Shown here: positions 50,503 to 62,380 of the stretch, piece after piece
Layout of the letters: every line of letters starts with the position of its first letter
How positions within the stretch are numbered: position 1 is the stretch's first letter
From: Torpedo marmorata
Lineage: Eukaryota
Assembly (NCBI GenBank): GCA_977017645.1
Contig: OZ360230.1
Span: 93,744,001-93,808,000 of the forward strand
DNA length: 64,000 nucleotides
Reading direction: 5' to 3'
The notes under the pieces: model-generated
The model's database searches: none
Seen by the model: only the letters and a program-made list of their open reading frames with translations
What the model was told of the DNA's origin: nothing
Made by a program: the position numbers and the translations under genes

Positions 50503-51911
50503 CATTCCAGAAAATTCTGGACATTGTTTAAATTTAACACACTGCAAGCACAATGAGTTCATGAAACGAGATGAAGTGAGGAAAAGCTTGAACGGACGAT
50601 GAGTCAGCCTCATGAGAGTGGGAGGGAAAACACAATCTTCCAAATCTGGCGGTGTGTTCAGGCTGTTCATTGACCAATTTATACCCAGCTCAGAATTTCT
50701 CTCAATTTGAATCTATCTCCTTTGATGGTTTTTCTTAACTCAGTGTTGGCTTAAGTGTGGGCAACTTGACAGAAAATTAGTTGGTGTGCTGACTGCATCT
50801 GAACTATTACACATGGATAACTCCCAACATTTATGAAGTAAAGATGTTAATAATTGGTCAGTTAGTGCTCAAGACAATCGTGGTCAACTGAAGGGAGTCC
50901 CACTTGAATTAAAAGTATCCAGAGACAGTAAGAGTAATCTGTGAACAGTTATCGGCTTTTGATAAAGACTAGAAATCCCAAAGATAGGCGAACTTGTGAG
51001 ATAATTATCTTGTGACCACATGGAACAGGCCTTTTGGCCTATGATGTCAGCGCCAAACATGATTTCAAATTAAACTAAATCTCTGCCGATTGCACATAAT
51101 ACACATCCCTCCAGATGTTATTCTTGATGCTAGATGCAAGGAAGTTATCCAATGAGGCTTGATGATTGAAACTCTTAGATGTTAAATTCTAGGATCCTGT
51201 ATGTGGATAATATCTTGCTGATGTACTATAAACCTGTCACTCTGAAATGTGTAAGAAACCTGCTAAAAATGTGCTCTGACATTATTTTTGTGAGTTATCT
51301 GCGCTTTGTGTTCATATGCAAGTGAACCAAACCAGATCCGGCCAGAAGCAAAATGCTTTTATAATCTGTCTCCTGGAGTACTGATTATTGCACAGTTTAT
51401 TGTCCTTTACTATGTCCACCAGAAAAGAAGTGTAGTCTACTACAAAAGGCATTCAGAGTTGACCAGTACCCATGAGAATGGAGTCAAGTATGGGTCAGAC
51501 TGGGTAAGAGTGGCAGGTGCCCTTTCTAAACTGACCCAGCTTTCATTTTTTTTCTGTGGTACTGGTGTACAAATTACAAATTCTATTAAATTCAACTTTC
51601 TGATATACCTTGTGGAATTCGTATCATAACTGTGGCTGTAACCTGCTGGCCACACACTTGAGATTTAAGGAAAGGAAATTTTCCAATGACTGTATTTTGT
51701 CAATTTCTCAGAAGTATTGGATTACCAGTGTGAAAAGGGTTCAGTTTTTCTCAACATTGACTGGATAGAATAGAAGGCATATGTTCCAAGACATTGTGTA
51801 ATTGGAAGTGTCTGCTTCCTTGGCTATTAATTGTGATAATGGTTTTAGGAGATCGGACTTGAGCCAGGTCTTTTTGTTTGTTTTTTTCCAAATTGTAGAA
51901 TCAGGTAATAT

Positions 51912-53336
51912 TGTCGCGGTTGCGTACTTACCTTCGTCGGGAGCGGTGCCGGCCGCCGCTGATGATGTAAGCAATGTGACGCGCGGGAGTAATAGCGCGC
52001 ATGCACGGGGGTGTTAAGCGTCAGTATACGGGTGATGGATCTCAGTCGCAGGAGGAGGAGAATGAGAGTGTCAGGATCACCCGTGTGGCAGTGAGCCAAT
52101 GAGAAGGTCAGAGGAGTTTAGCTGGGTGGTGTTTGGGGAGTTGAAGAATGCAATGTTGTGTCTAGTGAATAATAAAAAGAAAGTCGACCATGGTGTGCTG
52201 AAAGAAACGAGTGAGTGTATTCTTTATTTGTTTGTAAGCTGTGGTAAATCAGTGCCATTACAAGTGGTGACCCCGACGTGATGTGAACACGCAGCCTTCT
52301 GATCTGCAGGCCAACGGCCTAGTTGAGGGTTTCCATCGACAATTGAAGGCAGTATTAACAGCAGGTGGTGATGCATCTACGTGGAGCGAATGTTTGCCCA
52401 TGGTTCTCTTTGGAGTGTGTACTGCTGTTAAGGCAGATCTTGGATGTTCAGTGGCAGAGCTAGTATATGGAACTACGTTAACCTTGCCAGGCGAGTTTGT
52501 GAATCTGAGTCCAAGCACAACGTTCTATGATCTGGCTAGTTATGTTGATCATATTCGAGAAAACATGAGATTACTCCAACCTACTCCTACGCGGCAGGCG
52601 TCACCTGTAGTGTATGTGCCGAATAATTTACAACGCTGTACTCATGTGTTCCTCCGGTATGACGCTGTTCGCAAACCTCTTCAGCCCGTTTACGATGGTC
52701 CTTTTCAGGTGTTACGACGCCACCCGAAGACTTTTGTGATCGACAGGAATGGAAAAGATGACACAGTTTCCATCAACATGTTGAAGCCGGCGTATATCGA
52801 CGGTCCATGTTCTGCGTCGGAGCCGGAGTCAGAGGACCAGTTTCACCCTTGCCAGTCGGACCGTGCATCGCCTGTCTTGCACTATCGTACGAGGTCGGGC
52901 CGAACTGTCAGCCCTCCGGACCGTTACGTAGCGGGACAGTTCCAATCAGTCACCTCCTTGCATGGCTCGGAGGCTGAGGGGGGGGGGGGGCTGTTGCGGT
53001 CGCATACTTACCTTCGTCGGGAACGGTGCCGGCCTCCGCTGACGTAAGCGATGCGACGCACGGGAGTAATAGCGCGCATGCGCGGGGGTGTTAAGCGTCA
53101 GTATACGGGTGATGAATCTCAGATGCAGGAGGAGGAGAGTGAGTGTGTCAGGATCACCCGTGTGGCAGTGAGCCAATGAGAAGGTCAGAGAAGTTTAGCT
53201 GGGTGGTGTTTGGGGAGTTGAAGAATGCAATGTTGTGTCTAGTGAATAATAAAAAGAAAGTCGACTTCATGGTGTGCTGAAAGAAACGAGTGAGTGTATT
53301 CTTTTTTGTGAGCTGTGGTAAATCAGTGCCGTTACA
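51912..53336 (+). mobile_element. Internally deleted Gypsy/Ty3 LTR retrotransposon: LTR 51912-52262, PBS 52265-52282, integrase C-terminal half, PPT 52976-52990, LTR 52992-53336
   Basis: Two ~350-bp direct repeats with TG...CA ends; PBS TGGTGACCCCGACGTGAT; QANGLVEGFHRQLK...AELVYG...PLQPVYDGPFQV (GPY/F motif); G-run PPT; flanks atat and atgt. Confidence 0.95.
52283..52975 (+). pseudogene. Gypsy integrase C-terminal fragment (end of core plus GPY/F module)
   Basis: Supplied ORF 52283-53047; lacks gag, protease, RT, RNase H, the integrase N-terminus and an ATG start. Confidence 0.9.
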
Positions 53337-54825
53337 ATGTATATGTGAATGGCTGTGCTGTCCAATAGCTACTGAAGTATTGGATAGAAATAGGACTGGG
53401 AACAGGGACAATTGCACAAATGCAATGTGCATGTCAGTTGGTGACCATCTAGTCTTGGAGACGGTAGTGGGACTTGCAAACATACATTGAGGCTGATTCT
53501 CCAAGGCAAAACTGAGCGAATGCTACCCTGGTGAAGATGCAGTTTTGTGGATTCCTTGCTCTGTTTGGTGTATGAAACAGATCCCACAGCAATCTTGAGT
53601 TCCGAGTGTGTAAACATCTTCAAATAAATGAATACCCATTTTTTACAACGTATGGTGCAGAAAAACCACACCTTTATATTGAAACTGTCAATACCAGTTT
53701 CATATAGACAATTACATGATTTTAGTTTGCTGAATGCCCTGATTTTTTAAAATTTAAATAGATGAAAGAACAAAGAAGAAGCTATTACTTAAATTAGATT
53801 ATCTTGTGTAATTTTAAACTGATTCTTTCAGTTCTCATGTCAAGGAAAAGGAGATCTTGGGAAGAATTGAGTGCTTGGCTTCAGTTGTCTAATGTTTAAT
53901 AATGAATGATGCTATAAATTTTCTGATTTTTTTCTTACAATCTGATTCATCAAAAGCATCAACTTATTTCCAGGATCTGAACCAGCATTCTTGGCAAGAA
54001 GAAAGGAGCAAGCCATTTTTAAATCAGTCATTAAAAACAATCCATTCAAGAGGGGTCCTCTTGAATAGTGGGATTCTTGAATGTGCGATTGTACATATGC
54101 TCAAATGGTTTATTCAGAACTTCATAGAAAACCAATGTCAATTTATGTGTTCTTGCTATATTGTTTATAGAATTAACATGACAGAGAAATTGAATGGACA
54201 CCCATGGTTACAATCACAGTATTCGCATTTCTCTTAAATAAATCTGTCTTCAAACAGAGCAGAATGACATGAATCATATTGAAAGAAGCAAAAGATTCAG
54301 AACGCTTCTGAGACTAACCCAAACATTTCTGCCAAATATTTCTTCACAGAGGCAGTATCCATTTAAGTAAGAGTTACTCTCCACTCATCACCTCAAGAAT
54401 GACAAATAAATATCTTGACAAATTTGTACTTTGGGCACTGAAACACCGAAAATGCTTCATAAATACTGAATGTAACTTCAACTTGACATGGGAATTACTA
54501 GGTGAAATAAAGACCATCTTGTTCATGTTTTGCAATCCTGCTCATCATCTGAGACAAAAGGAATGGTGTTCTTGACCAGACATTGGAATAAATCTCTGTA
54601 AATTGGCCTACAACAGAACACATGCATGAGGCAAAGTAAACCCCAGGGAAGAAAAGCTTGGTACCAATAGTTACCAATATTCACCTGTTTTTGACAGATA
54701 CTTTAGCTCTCGTCAAACATAATAATATTTAAATTGTGTATCTCAAAAAAAATTATTCTAATTTTTGTTTTCAGAAATGCATTAATTTCTATGACCATCC
54801 ATATGTTTTACACATTGACTTTGTT

Positions 54826-55315
54826 TTTTTAAAATATTTTATTTTTCATTTTCAGGAATTTTCACAAAACATTAATCAACAATCCGAAATATACACAAAT
54901 TTCAAACGTATCAAGTACAGAATACATTACACTCCTTAACCCTCCCTTCCCCACCCAAAAAGAATAAAACCGAGACGAAAGAAAAAGAAAAGAAAACTAA
55001 AGGTACCGTCAGTGCTTACAACTTTTTTTGTCCAAGTATTTGGGGATGCAACACCCTTAAAATAATTATACATTACAGTATACCATACCTCAGGGGTTTG
55101 ATTACAACTGAGCACCAATGTGCTCCAAGTGTGGTTGCCACACTTTAACAAAGTTATCATACTTATTTCTAAGACTATATGTAATTTTTTCCATGGGGAT
55201 ACAGCTGTACATTTCCATAGACCATCGAGTGATGAGAAGGGGGGAGTCAGATTTCCAAGTAACTGCGATGCATTTTTTTGCTACGGACAGAGCAACTTTT
55301 ATAAATTGAATTTGG
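54826..55315 (-). mobile_element. 5'-truncated L1-clade LINE 3' end with 16-bp TSD
   Basis: Minus translation KVALSVAKKCIAVTWKSD...CIPMEKITYSLRNKYDNFVKVWQPHL is homologous to the 34024 ORF; TSD acacattgactttgtt at 54810-54825 and 55316-55331. Confidence 0.88.
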
Positions 55316-55341
55316 ACACATTGACTTTGTTGATAATTCTC

Positions 55342-55390
55342 ACTCTCTCTCTCTCACACACACACACACACAAACACACACACATACAAA
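55342..55390. repeat. (CT)n(CA)n compound microsatellite
   Basis: actctctctctctcacacacacacacacacaaacacacacacataca. Confidence 0.9.
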
Positions 55391-55609
55391 AACACTAACA
55401 CAGTTTGTTTTGTGAAGGTTTTGTGTCAGGCTGCAAATGATGAAGAGCACACATACTTGCTCAACCCATTTTCGTGGGCTAGCAGTAAATAAGTAAGTGT
55501 TGTACCAGGTCTATTTTCCATTGTTTAATATTAAATTCCATTTCTTTTTACAAATAAAATTTCTGCAACTTTTGTAACTATAAAATACGGATATCATGAT
55601 GGTATGTAT

Positions 55610-55980
55610 TTCCAGGCATGGAGGGTAAGGGAGACTAGTTGATAAACTAAATTCAAGCAGGCATTTTCCACTGAGATTAGGTGAGATAAAAACTGGAGAA
55701 CATGATTTAAGGGTGAAAGGGGAAAAGTTTAAAGGGAGCATTAGGGGGAACATCATCACGCAGAGAGTGGTGGGAGTGTAGAATGAGCTGCCAGCTGAAT
55801 TGGTAAATGCAGGCACCATTTTCACATTAAAGAAAAATTTGGACAGATTCATGAAAGGGAGGGATATGGAGGGATATGGTCCGGGTGCAGGACAGTAGGA
55901 CTGGACAGAAAAATAGTTTGGCACAGACTAGAAGGACCAATGGGCCTGTTTCTGTGCTGTTGTGTTCCTTAGTTCTATAT
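55610..55980 (+). mobile_element. CR1 LINE 3' fragment
   Basis: ttttccactgagattaggtgag..aactggagaacatgatttaagggtgaaagggg...gggcctgtttctgtgctgt tail. Confidence 0.85.
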
Positions 55981-56449
55981 GCCAATGTTATGAAGTGATG
56001 GGCAGTGCATTCCATCACATTTGACCTCTCTAGTGGCTGAGTTTCATTGAGAGGACAAGATGGAGGGTCTGAGTCTTGAATGGCAGGAAACGAAGTGAAC
56101 AAAATACTTTTTAATGGGACCGTGCAAAATTAAATTTACGGTAACTTTCACTTGAAAATGTTTCAGTTTTATTGTGACATCAACTTGGTTCATTTCCTAG
56201 ATCGTGAAACCTTGGGTACTTGACATTTTAGGAAGGGGTAAGAATGCCCAACATCTTCTGCAGCTCCATTTACTCAATGATGTTGATAGCCCAAGGAATG
56301 AAGAGATTTGGAAGGATGATGGATTGAGATCACAATGAGATGATACCTATACATAATGGTTTTCAGTTTTAAAAGATGGATTGTGGACTTGACTGAATCC
56401 AAAATCTTGTCTTTGGAACCTGAGAAACTTCATACGTCATACACCAGGC

Positions 56450-57525
56450 TGTTGTACATGTCAGCTCGGCGTTTAACACAATAATATCTCAGAGGCTGGT
56501 GGATAAATTGTCCTCACTGGAACTTAACACCCTTGTCTGCAACTGGAATCTGGACTTCTTGATGGAAAGACCACAGTCTGTCCAGGTTGGCAGCAAAACC
56601 TGGACAGGCTGAGCACTGGCGTTCCTCAGGGCTGTGTGCTCAACCCGCTACTGTTCACGCTGCTGACTTACGACTGCACTGCCAGATTCAGCTCAAACAG
56701 AATCATCAAGTTTGCAGATGATACAACAGTAGTTGGCATTATAGAGAGGAGGTTGAAAGTCTCGTAAAATGGTGTGAGAACAACAACGTGAGTCTCAACA
56801 TGGACAAGACAAAGGAGATGATTGTTGGCTTCAGGAAGACAAAAGTCAACCATTTTCCACTACACATCAATGATTCCATCATGGAAAGAGTGAAGAGCAC
56901 AAAGTTCCTTGGCGTGCATTTAAACGATGACCTAACCTCGACTCACAACACCTCCTCATTATTCAGGAAGGCGCAGCAGCACCATCCATATGCAAGGAGG
57001 CTGAGGAGGGCCAGGCTACCGGCCCCCATCTTGATAATATTTTACAGGAGCACAACTGAGAGTGTCCTGTCTGGCTGCATCATTGTGTGGTATGGTAGCT
57101 GCAAAGCATCAGTCTTTCCAGAGGATCATTAAAACAGCCGAGAGGATCACTGGGGTCTCTGTTTCCCCTATTGATGACATTTACTGAGCGCTGCCTAGAG
57201 GGCTCAAGGAATTATAGAAGACCCCTTCCACCCTACGCACAGTATCTTCAACCCACTACCATCAAAAAGAAGGTACAGGAGCATCAAAATCAGGACTGTC
57301 AGGCTGTGGAATAGTTTCTTCCCACAGGCTGTGAGACTGATAAACAGTATCCTGTAACCATGACAATCATCCCAAACATTTATATATATTTATTTTGATT
57401 ATTTATGTGATCTTTATTGACTGTGTATTGTGTGTTTTTGTGCATGTACCACGGTCTAGAAAGATGCTGTTTTATCAGGTGGTGTATGTCCAATCGGCTG
57501 ATAATAAACTTGAACTTGAACTTCT
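56450..57525 (+). mobile_element. Degenerate Rex1/Babar-like element
   Basis: [58 protein letters not shown]; (cttgaa)n tail. Confidence 0.9.
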
Positions 57526-59269
57526 TTTATTGAAGAACCATGTTAAAAAGACCATGCTTAAAAATTGAATTGCCTCTTGAATTAAGGTTTACATTGATGA
57601 GAATAATTATTTCTTAATCTTATTGTGTTTAATCCGACTATTGACAGGTCTTAATTAATTTGCATCAATGTTGTATGAATCGGTGCCACCTAAAAGAGTA
57701 GAAAGCTGTGCAAAGTGATGGTTGAGAGGCTTGTATTTTACCTGGCCCTCAATCCGACTGAAATACCTGTGTGCCTCATGTATATTTAAAGCACGCTGAC
57801 TCTTTCTGCAAAGAAAGCTTTATAACTATGAGTACATGCAGAAAATTCCTGTAAACTGCAGAAAGCTAGTTAATATTTTTTATTAATGGCTAAAGAAAGA
57901 ATCCGACTTGAGCATTGGAGGAATATCAGACAGAAAATTAATCATAATCTAATTGAATGGTGGAACAGACACAAGGGGCCGATTGCCCATTCCTGTTCTT
58001 ATGTTCTTCTGCAATTCTCTAATCTTTTTCAGAATTTATTTTAGGGCTGTTAAAACCTGCATGAACAATCAGTCAAGGCCATGGATTAATCTATCTGTGT
58101 GTCTGCCAAATGACAGCAGCTCCAACATTACCCCATTTGTTTATGACGGTGCTCAGTGTCAGCTTCAGCAATGAATTCAAGACCAGGAGTGAAGCTCAAA
58201 CAAAGCCAACACCCTTCTCCCAGCTTCAATTCATTGGCTAACACAGTGCTGGTAATAAACACTGATAACTTTCTGAAGTAAGGTCAGCTCCTCTGACAAT
58301 ACTGGGCTCCCTCAAAACTGCACTGAAGTGTCAACTTCACACTCAAAATGTGGAGCTTGAATTTACAGATGTGGGCAATGTTATGACTTTGAAAAGTAAA
58401 TTTCCTAATATACAAGGGATCTCCCTGAAAGCTGCTGATAAAATATTGGGGACAAGCCCTATCACTTGAAATTCTGGCCTGAATAATTTCTTTGCCTTCC
58501 AATTATTGGAAGTATATCTTTTCCATCATTTAAGGCTTCACGTCTTGTCTGGGGTTAGTTTCACATTATTCATTGAGGAGTCTTATGACAGCTTTGTAGA
58601 AAATTGGCAACAGCCAGAAAGTCTGAGATTGAGTTTCAAACTATTAGAAATAATGTCTAAAGTGGGATTTTGTGATCCTGCTAAACTGCTGTTGAGCACA
58701 TATAAGTAAGAGTACCTTTGGGAACTGACTAAAACACGTTTTGTGACCTGGATACTTGTTAGACCAGGCACTATTCATGAGTGTTATTTACTTTAACGAA
58801 ACTAGCTGTATCTCTGCTGTTTCATTTTTAATTTACAATTAATTATGTTTAAAACCAATTTCTTTTCCTGAATAATTCCCTATTGCCAAAGAATCTTTCC
58901 TCAGGTCTGAGCACAATTAAAGAGATATCAGAAAGCAGTAAAAAAATGAGGTCTAATTGTCCTCTAGATGTACAGTATTCCCAGTTCAACTCCAGTGAGA
59001 AGCCAATGACTCTCTTCTTACCTCTACCATTATATTATCAACCTTATATTCTGATTGCCAAATTACAGCATTCCAGAATCACTGGATTGACCAATTTTAG
59101 TTAATCAGAATTTCTAGTATTTTTATTCCAGATTTCCAGCATTCCTGCCATATTCCGTTGATGAATTCAGGTATTCGTTCTACATTTTTACTATTTTAAG
59201 GCTTTTGTTATTTTGGAGCATGATTTATTTTATTATTTAATCTCTCTTTTCTTATCTCCAATTATCCCT

Positions 59270-59350
59270 AATTCTGATGCAAGATTAATAACCTGAAACA
59301 TTAATTCTATTCATTCCTCCGCAGATGCTGCCTGACCTGCTGAGTGGCAT
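59270..59350 (+). mobile_element. Penelope pLTR-like remnant
   Basis: ctgatgcaag...cctgaaacattaa...cagatgctgcctgacctgctgag. Confidence 0.5.
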
Positions 59351-59369
59351 TTTCTTCTGGGTTTACTCA

Positions 59370-59800
59370 TTACGTGCACGTGTGCTTGTTTGCGTGTGCA
59401 TTACACATTCTCTCAGTGACTGCATGGGTGTTCCCCAGGTAAACTATTATTTCCCCAATCCCAGAGGCATGTGAGTTGGTAGGCGAAATTAGGTAAATTT
59501 CCCTAATTGGAAGAATTGCTGGGAATGAGGGGAGAATGCATTGAGGAGAAATTGGTAGGGAATGGGATGACACAGTGAGCCTTGAGAGACTCAATGGGCC
59601 AAGAAAGAACACAGAACATGGAACAATACAGCTTAGGAACAGGCCCTTCAGCCCACAATGTCTGTGCAAGACATGAAACCACATTAAACGATATCTCTTC
59701 TGCCTGTGCATGATCCCTCCATTCCCTGCATATTCATGTGCCCATCTGACAGCATCTTAACATTACAATTATATCTGCTTCCACCCCTACCCCTGCCAGC
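59370..59800. mobile_element. Degenerate V-SINE (+, ~59370-59600) abutting a CR1 tail (-, ~59605-59800)
   Basis: cattctctcagtgactgcatgggtgttcccc core; aacaggcccttcagcccacaatg tail. Confidence 0.5.
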
Positions 59801-60219
59801 CCGTGGGGAAGGAACATTAGCCGCTTTGATTCTCACAGATTGGAACATGCGGATGCCACATGCAAATAGCAGAAAGAATCAACAGTCCCTATGACCCACA
59901 GATTGACAGAGGTGGTTGGTTCAGCATCTCATTCAAATCCAGCACCTTCTCAGTAAAGTACCCGACTGTTGCAATGAAATGTCATTCTACACCATATGCT
60001 GAGATCTATGAATGTAAAAATCTATACCTTTCCAATACTGAGGCAAAGGTACGATTTCACTCTTCCAACCCGTGACAGCCATGCTTTCAACTACGTGGAT
60101 AATATTCTATTGAATTCCCAAAATCTATTTGCCTCCTTTCTCACTTTCTTTTGTTATCTGTACAATGACAAATCTTGCTGGATAACTCTCTTGTGAGTGG
60201 CCTAGAGATGTTTTTTTTT

Positions 60220-60449
60220 TATTTTAATTTTTAATTTAGAGATACAGCACAATAACAGGCCCTTCCAGCCCATAAGCCCATGCCACCGAAATACACCAAT
60301 TAACCTGCAAATGTTTTTGGAGGGTGAGAGGATACCCACGCAGACATGGAGAGAATGTACAAACTCCTTACAGACAGCGCTGGATTCAAACCCGGGTTTC
60401 TGCCATTATAATAGCGATATGCTAACCGCTACGCGAGCTGCGCCACCCA
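60220..60449 (-). mobile_element. tRNA-derived V-SINE (HE1-like)
   Basis: gtacaaactccttacagacagcgctggattcaaaccc...gctaaccgctacgc, the reverse complement of the 31715 family. Confidence 0.85.
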
Positions 60450-60969
60450 TGTTATGTTAAAGTCTCCAAATAACTGCAAGTTGTTGTTATTGAACTAAGT
60501 CTAATGGCTTTCAGGGTCTGACTTTCATTTCAGGGTAATATTATTTTAACTCATTCTGGTTCAACACATTTCCTTCAACCTATTAACTGTCACATAATAT
60601 TTCCTTACAAAACTGAACTGTCAGTATTTTTCCAGAAAATAACAAAATTCAGTTTGTGAAGGCCTAGGTTGAAGCAAATACAGTATAGCCTATTTTTAGG
60701 GTAGTTCTTGAACATTTCACATTCACCACACATTCAGAATATATTCTGAACTGATTTCAAAACTTTCATAGATTTTGAAATGTTCAATGATTGAATGAGT
60801 TTCATTGTTAGGAAACACATGTTCAGTTATGAGTTTATTTCAAAATATGTCAGGGTTTGCCCATCTTACAACATACCAGGCAAATGTCCCCAGGGTCTGC
60901 ACATCATTACTGCCTGCAAATTGGCTCCTTTCAACCAATTGGGACACAAATGAAATTTGACATCTGTTA

Positions 60970-61725
60970 CCATTTTTACACAGCCGCAGCATAACGGAAA
61001 ATTCTCGGAAATTTTCTGTTATGCTGGCTGTGTAAAAATGTCGTGACGGAAATTAGAAACTAATTTCCGTCCCGACATTTTTCCTGCAGCAGCCCTAGAC
61101 ATTTTTGCGGACTGCCTGCAGTCTAAACTCAACTGCAGGCGGTCCGCAAAAATACGACGTACCTGATGACGGTCTCCCTCTTCCTGCCTCTGCCCCCTCC
61201 AATGCCCCTCGACCTCCCTCCAACCTCTCCGGCCATCTCTCCAGGGGGTTCAATCTGCTGTGCCTCCCGCTCCCTCAACCCACTTTCTCGTTCCCTCCTC
61301 AGTCGCAACGCCCCACCGCCCCCTCTCCTCCCCTTCTTACCCCCTCTCTCCTTTCCCTGTGCCCCCTCTCTCCTTTCCCTGTGCCCCCCTCTCCTTTCCC
61401 TGTGCACCCCCTCTCTCCTTTCCCTGTGCCCCCCTCTCCTTTCCCTGTGCACCCCCTCTCTCCTTTCCCTGTACACTCTCCTTTCCCTGTGCATCCCCCC
61501 CTCTCCTTTCCCTGTGCAGGTTAATGACATCATTGACGTTGACGTAGTGACGCTGTGCATCGGACGTAGCTGTACGTCAGCATCGACGTCGACTCACGTC
61601 CACCCTCCGGAATCACAAACACGCCGTAGGTCAGTGTAAACCTCCATCCTGTGTGAACAGCCACTCCGGAGGGTAAGAATGCATATTGGTGATGGGAAAA
61701 TCCAGTTATCCCTGTGTAAAAATGG
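60970..61725. mobile_element. Non-autonomous DNA transposon (PIF/Harbinger-like MITE) with multiple internal palindromes and a minisatellite
   Basis: TIRs CCATTTTTACACAG and CTGTGTAAAAATGG, flanked by tta and taa; three long hairpins in the left end. Confidence 0.7.
61340..61517 (+). repeat. Pyrimidine-rich ~20-23-bp minisatellite (ccccctctcctttccctgtg) x~8
   Basis: Direct reading of the tandem units. Confidence 0.95.
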
Positions 61726-62059
61726 TAATTGTTGACAAAGTAAATTTATGGTCTGATTATTTACACCAATGGGTTTCTGAAGAGGATAAACCTACATTCA
61801 AATGTTATGCACTTGGGATAAATAGACTAATACTGTCAGCATTTCATTCACACACCATTCAACATGTCAAAATAGCACCTCTGTGGCGGGCCAAGCCCAG
61901 TGGTTAAAACTTCTCAATAATGTACTCCATAAGGCAATGGTTGTTCCACTGAAGGGGTCATTGATGTAAATGCCTATCAGGTTATTCAAAGGTTATTTAC
62001 ATACATGCTGATGAGGTAAATTTTTTTAATGTGGCAACAATTTTAATTATTTTCTTCAT

Positions 62060-62380
62060 TTGGTCTGTGCAAATGGGACGTTGTGTTTCCTTCATTCCTT
62101 CAAAAGCCTGCACTCTGTCTGTGGATCGAAGCTTGAACTTCCTGTAGCCAACCACTTCAATTCCATTCACCACTCCCATACAAATATGTCCGTTCTCAAC
62201 CTCATCCATTGTCAGGCTGAGGCTAAGCCTAAACTTGAAGAACAAGACATTAAATTCCTCCTGGACAGCCTTAAACCTAACACCATGAACAATTTTTTTT
62301 AGAATTTTAGGTAACCCCCCCCCTCCTCTACCTGGTTCTACTTTTTCCATCTCTTCTCTATCTACTTGAGTTCTTACTTT
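62060..62380 (+). mobile_element. Penelope-like GIY-YIG C-terminal fragment (probably continues at ~63710-63830 beyond the Rex1 insertion)
   Basis: ELPVANHFNSIHHSHTNMSVLNL.HCQ..AKPKLEEQ.IKFLLDSLKP..MN, homologous to the 16273 ORF. Confidence 0.8.

Noticed and set aside
49970-50670. Five long ORFs
   Set aside because: Artefacts of translating through the N gap.
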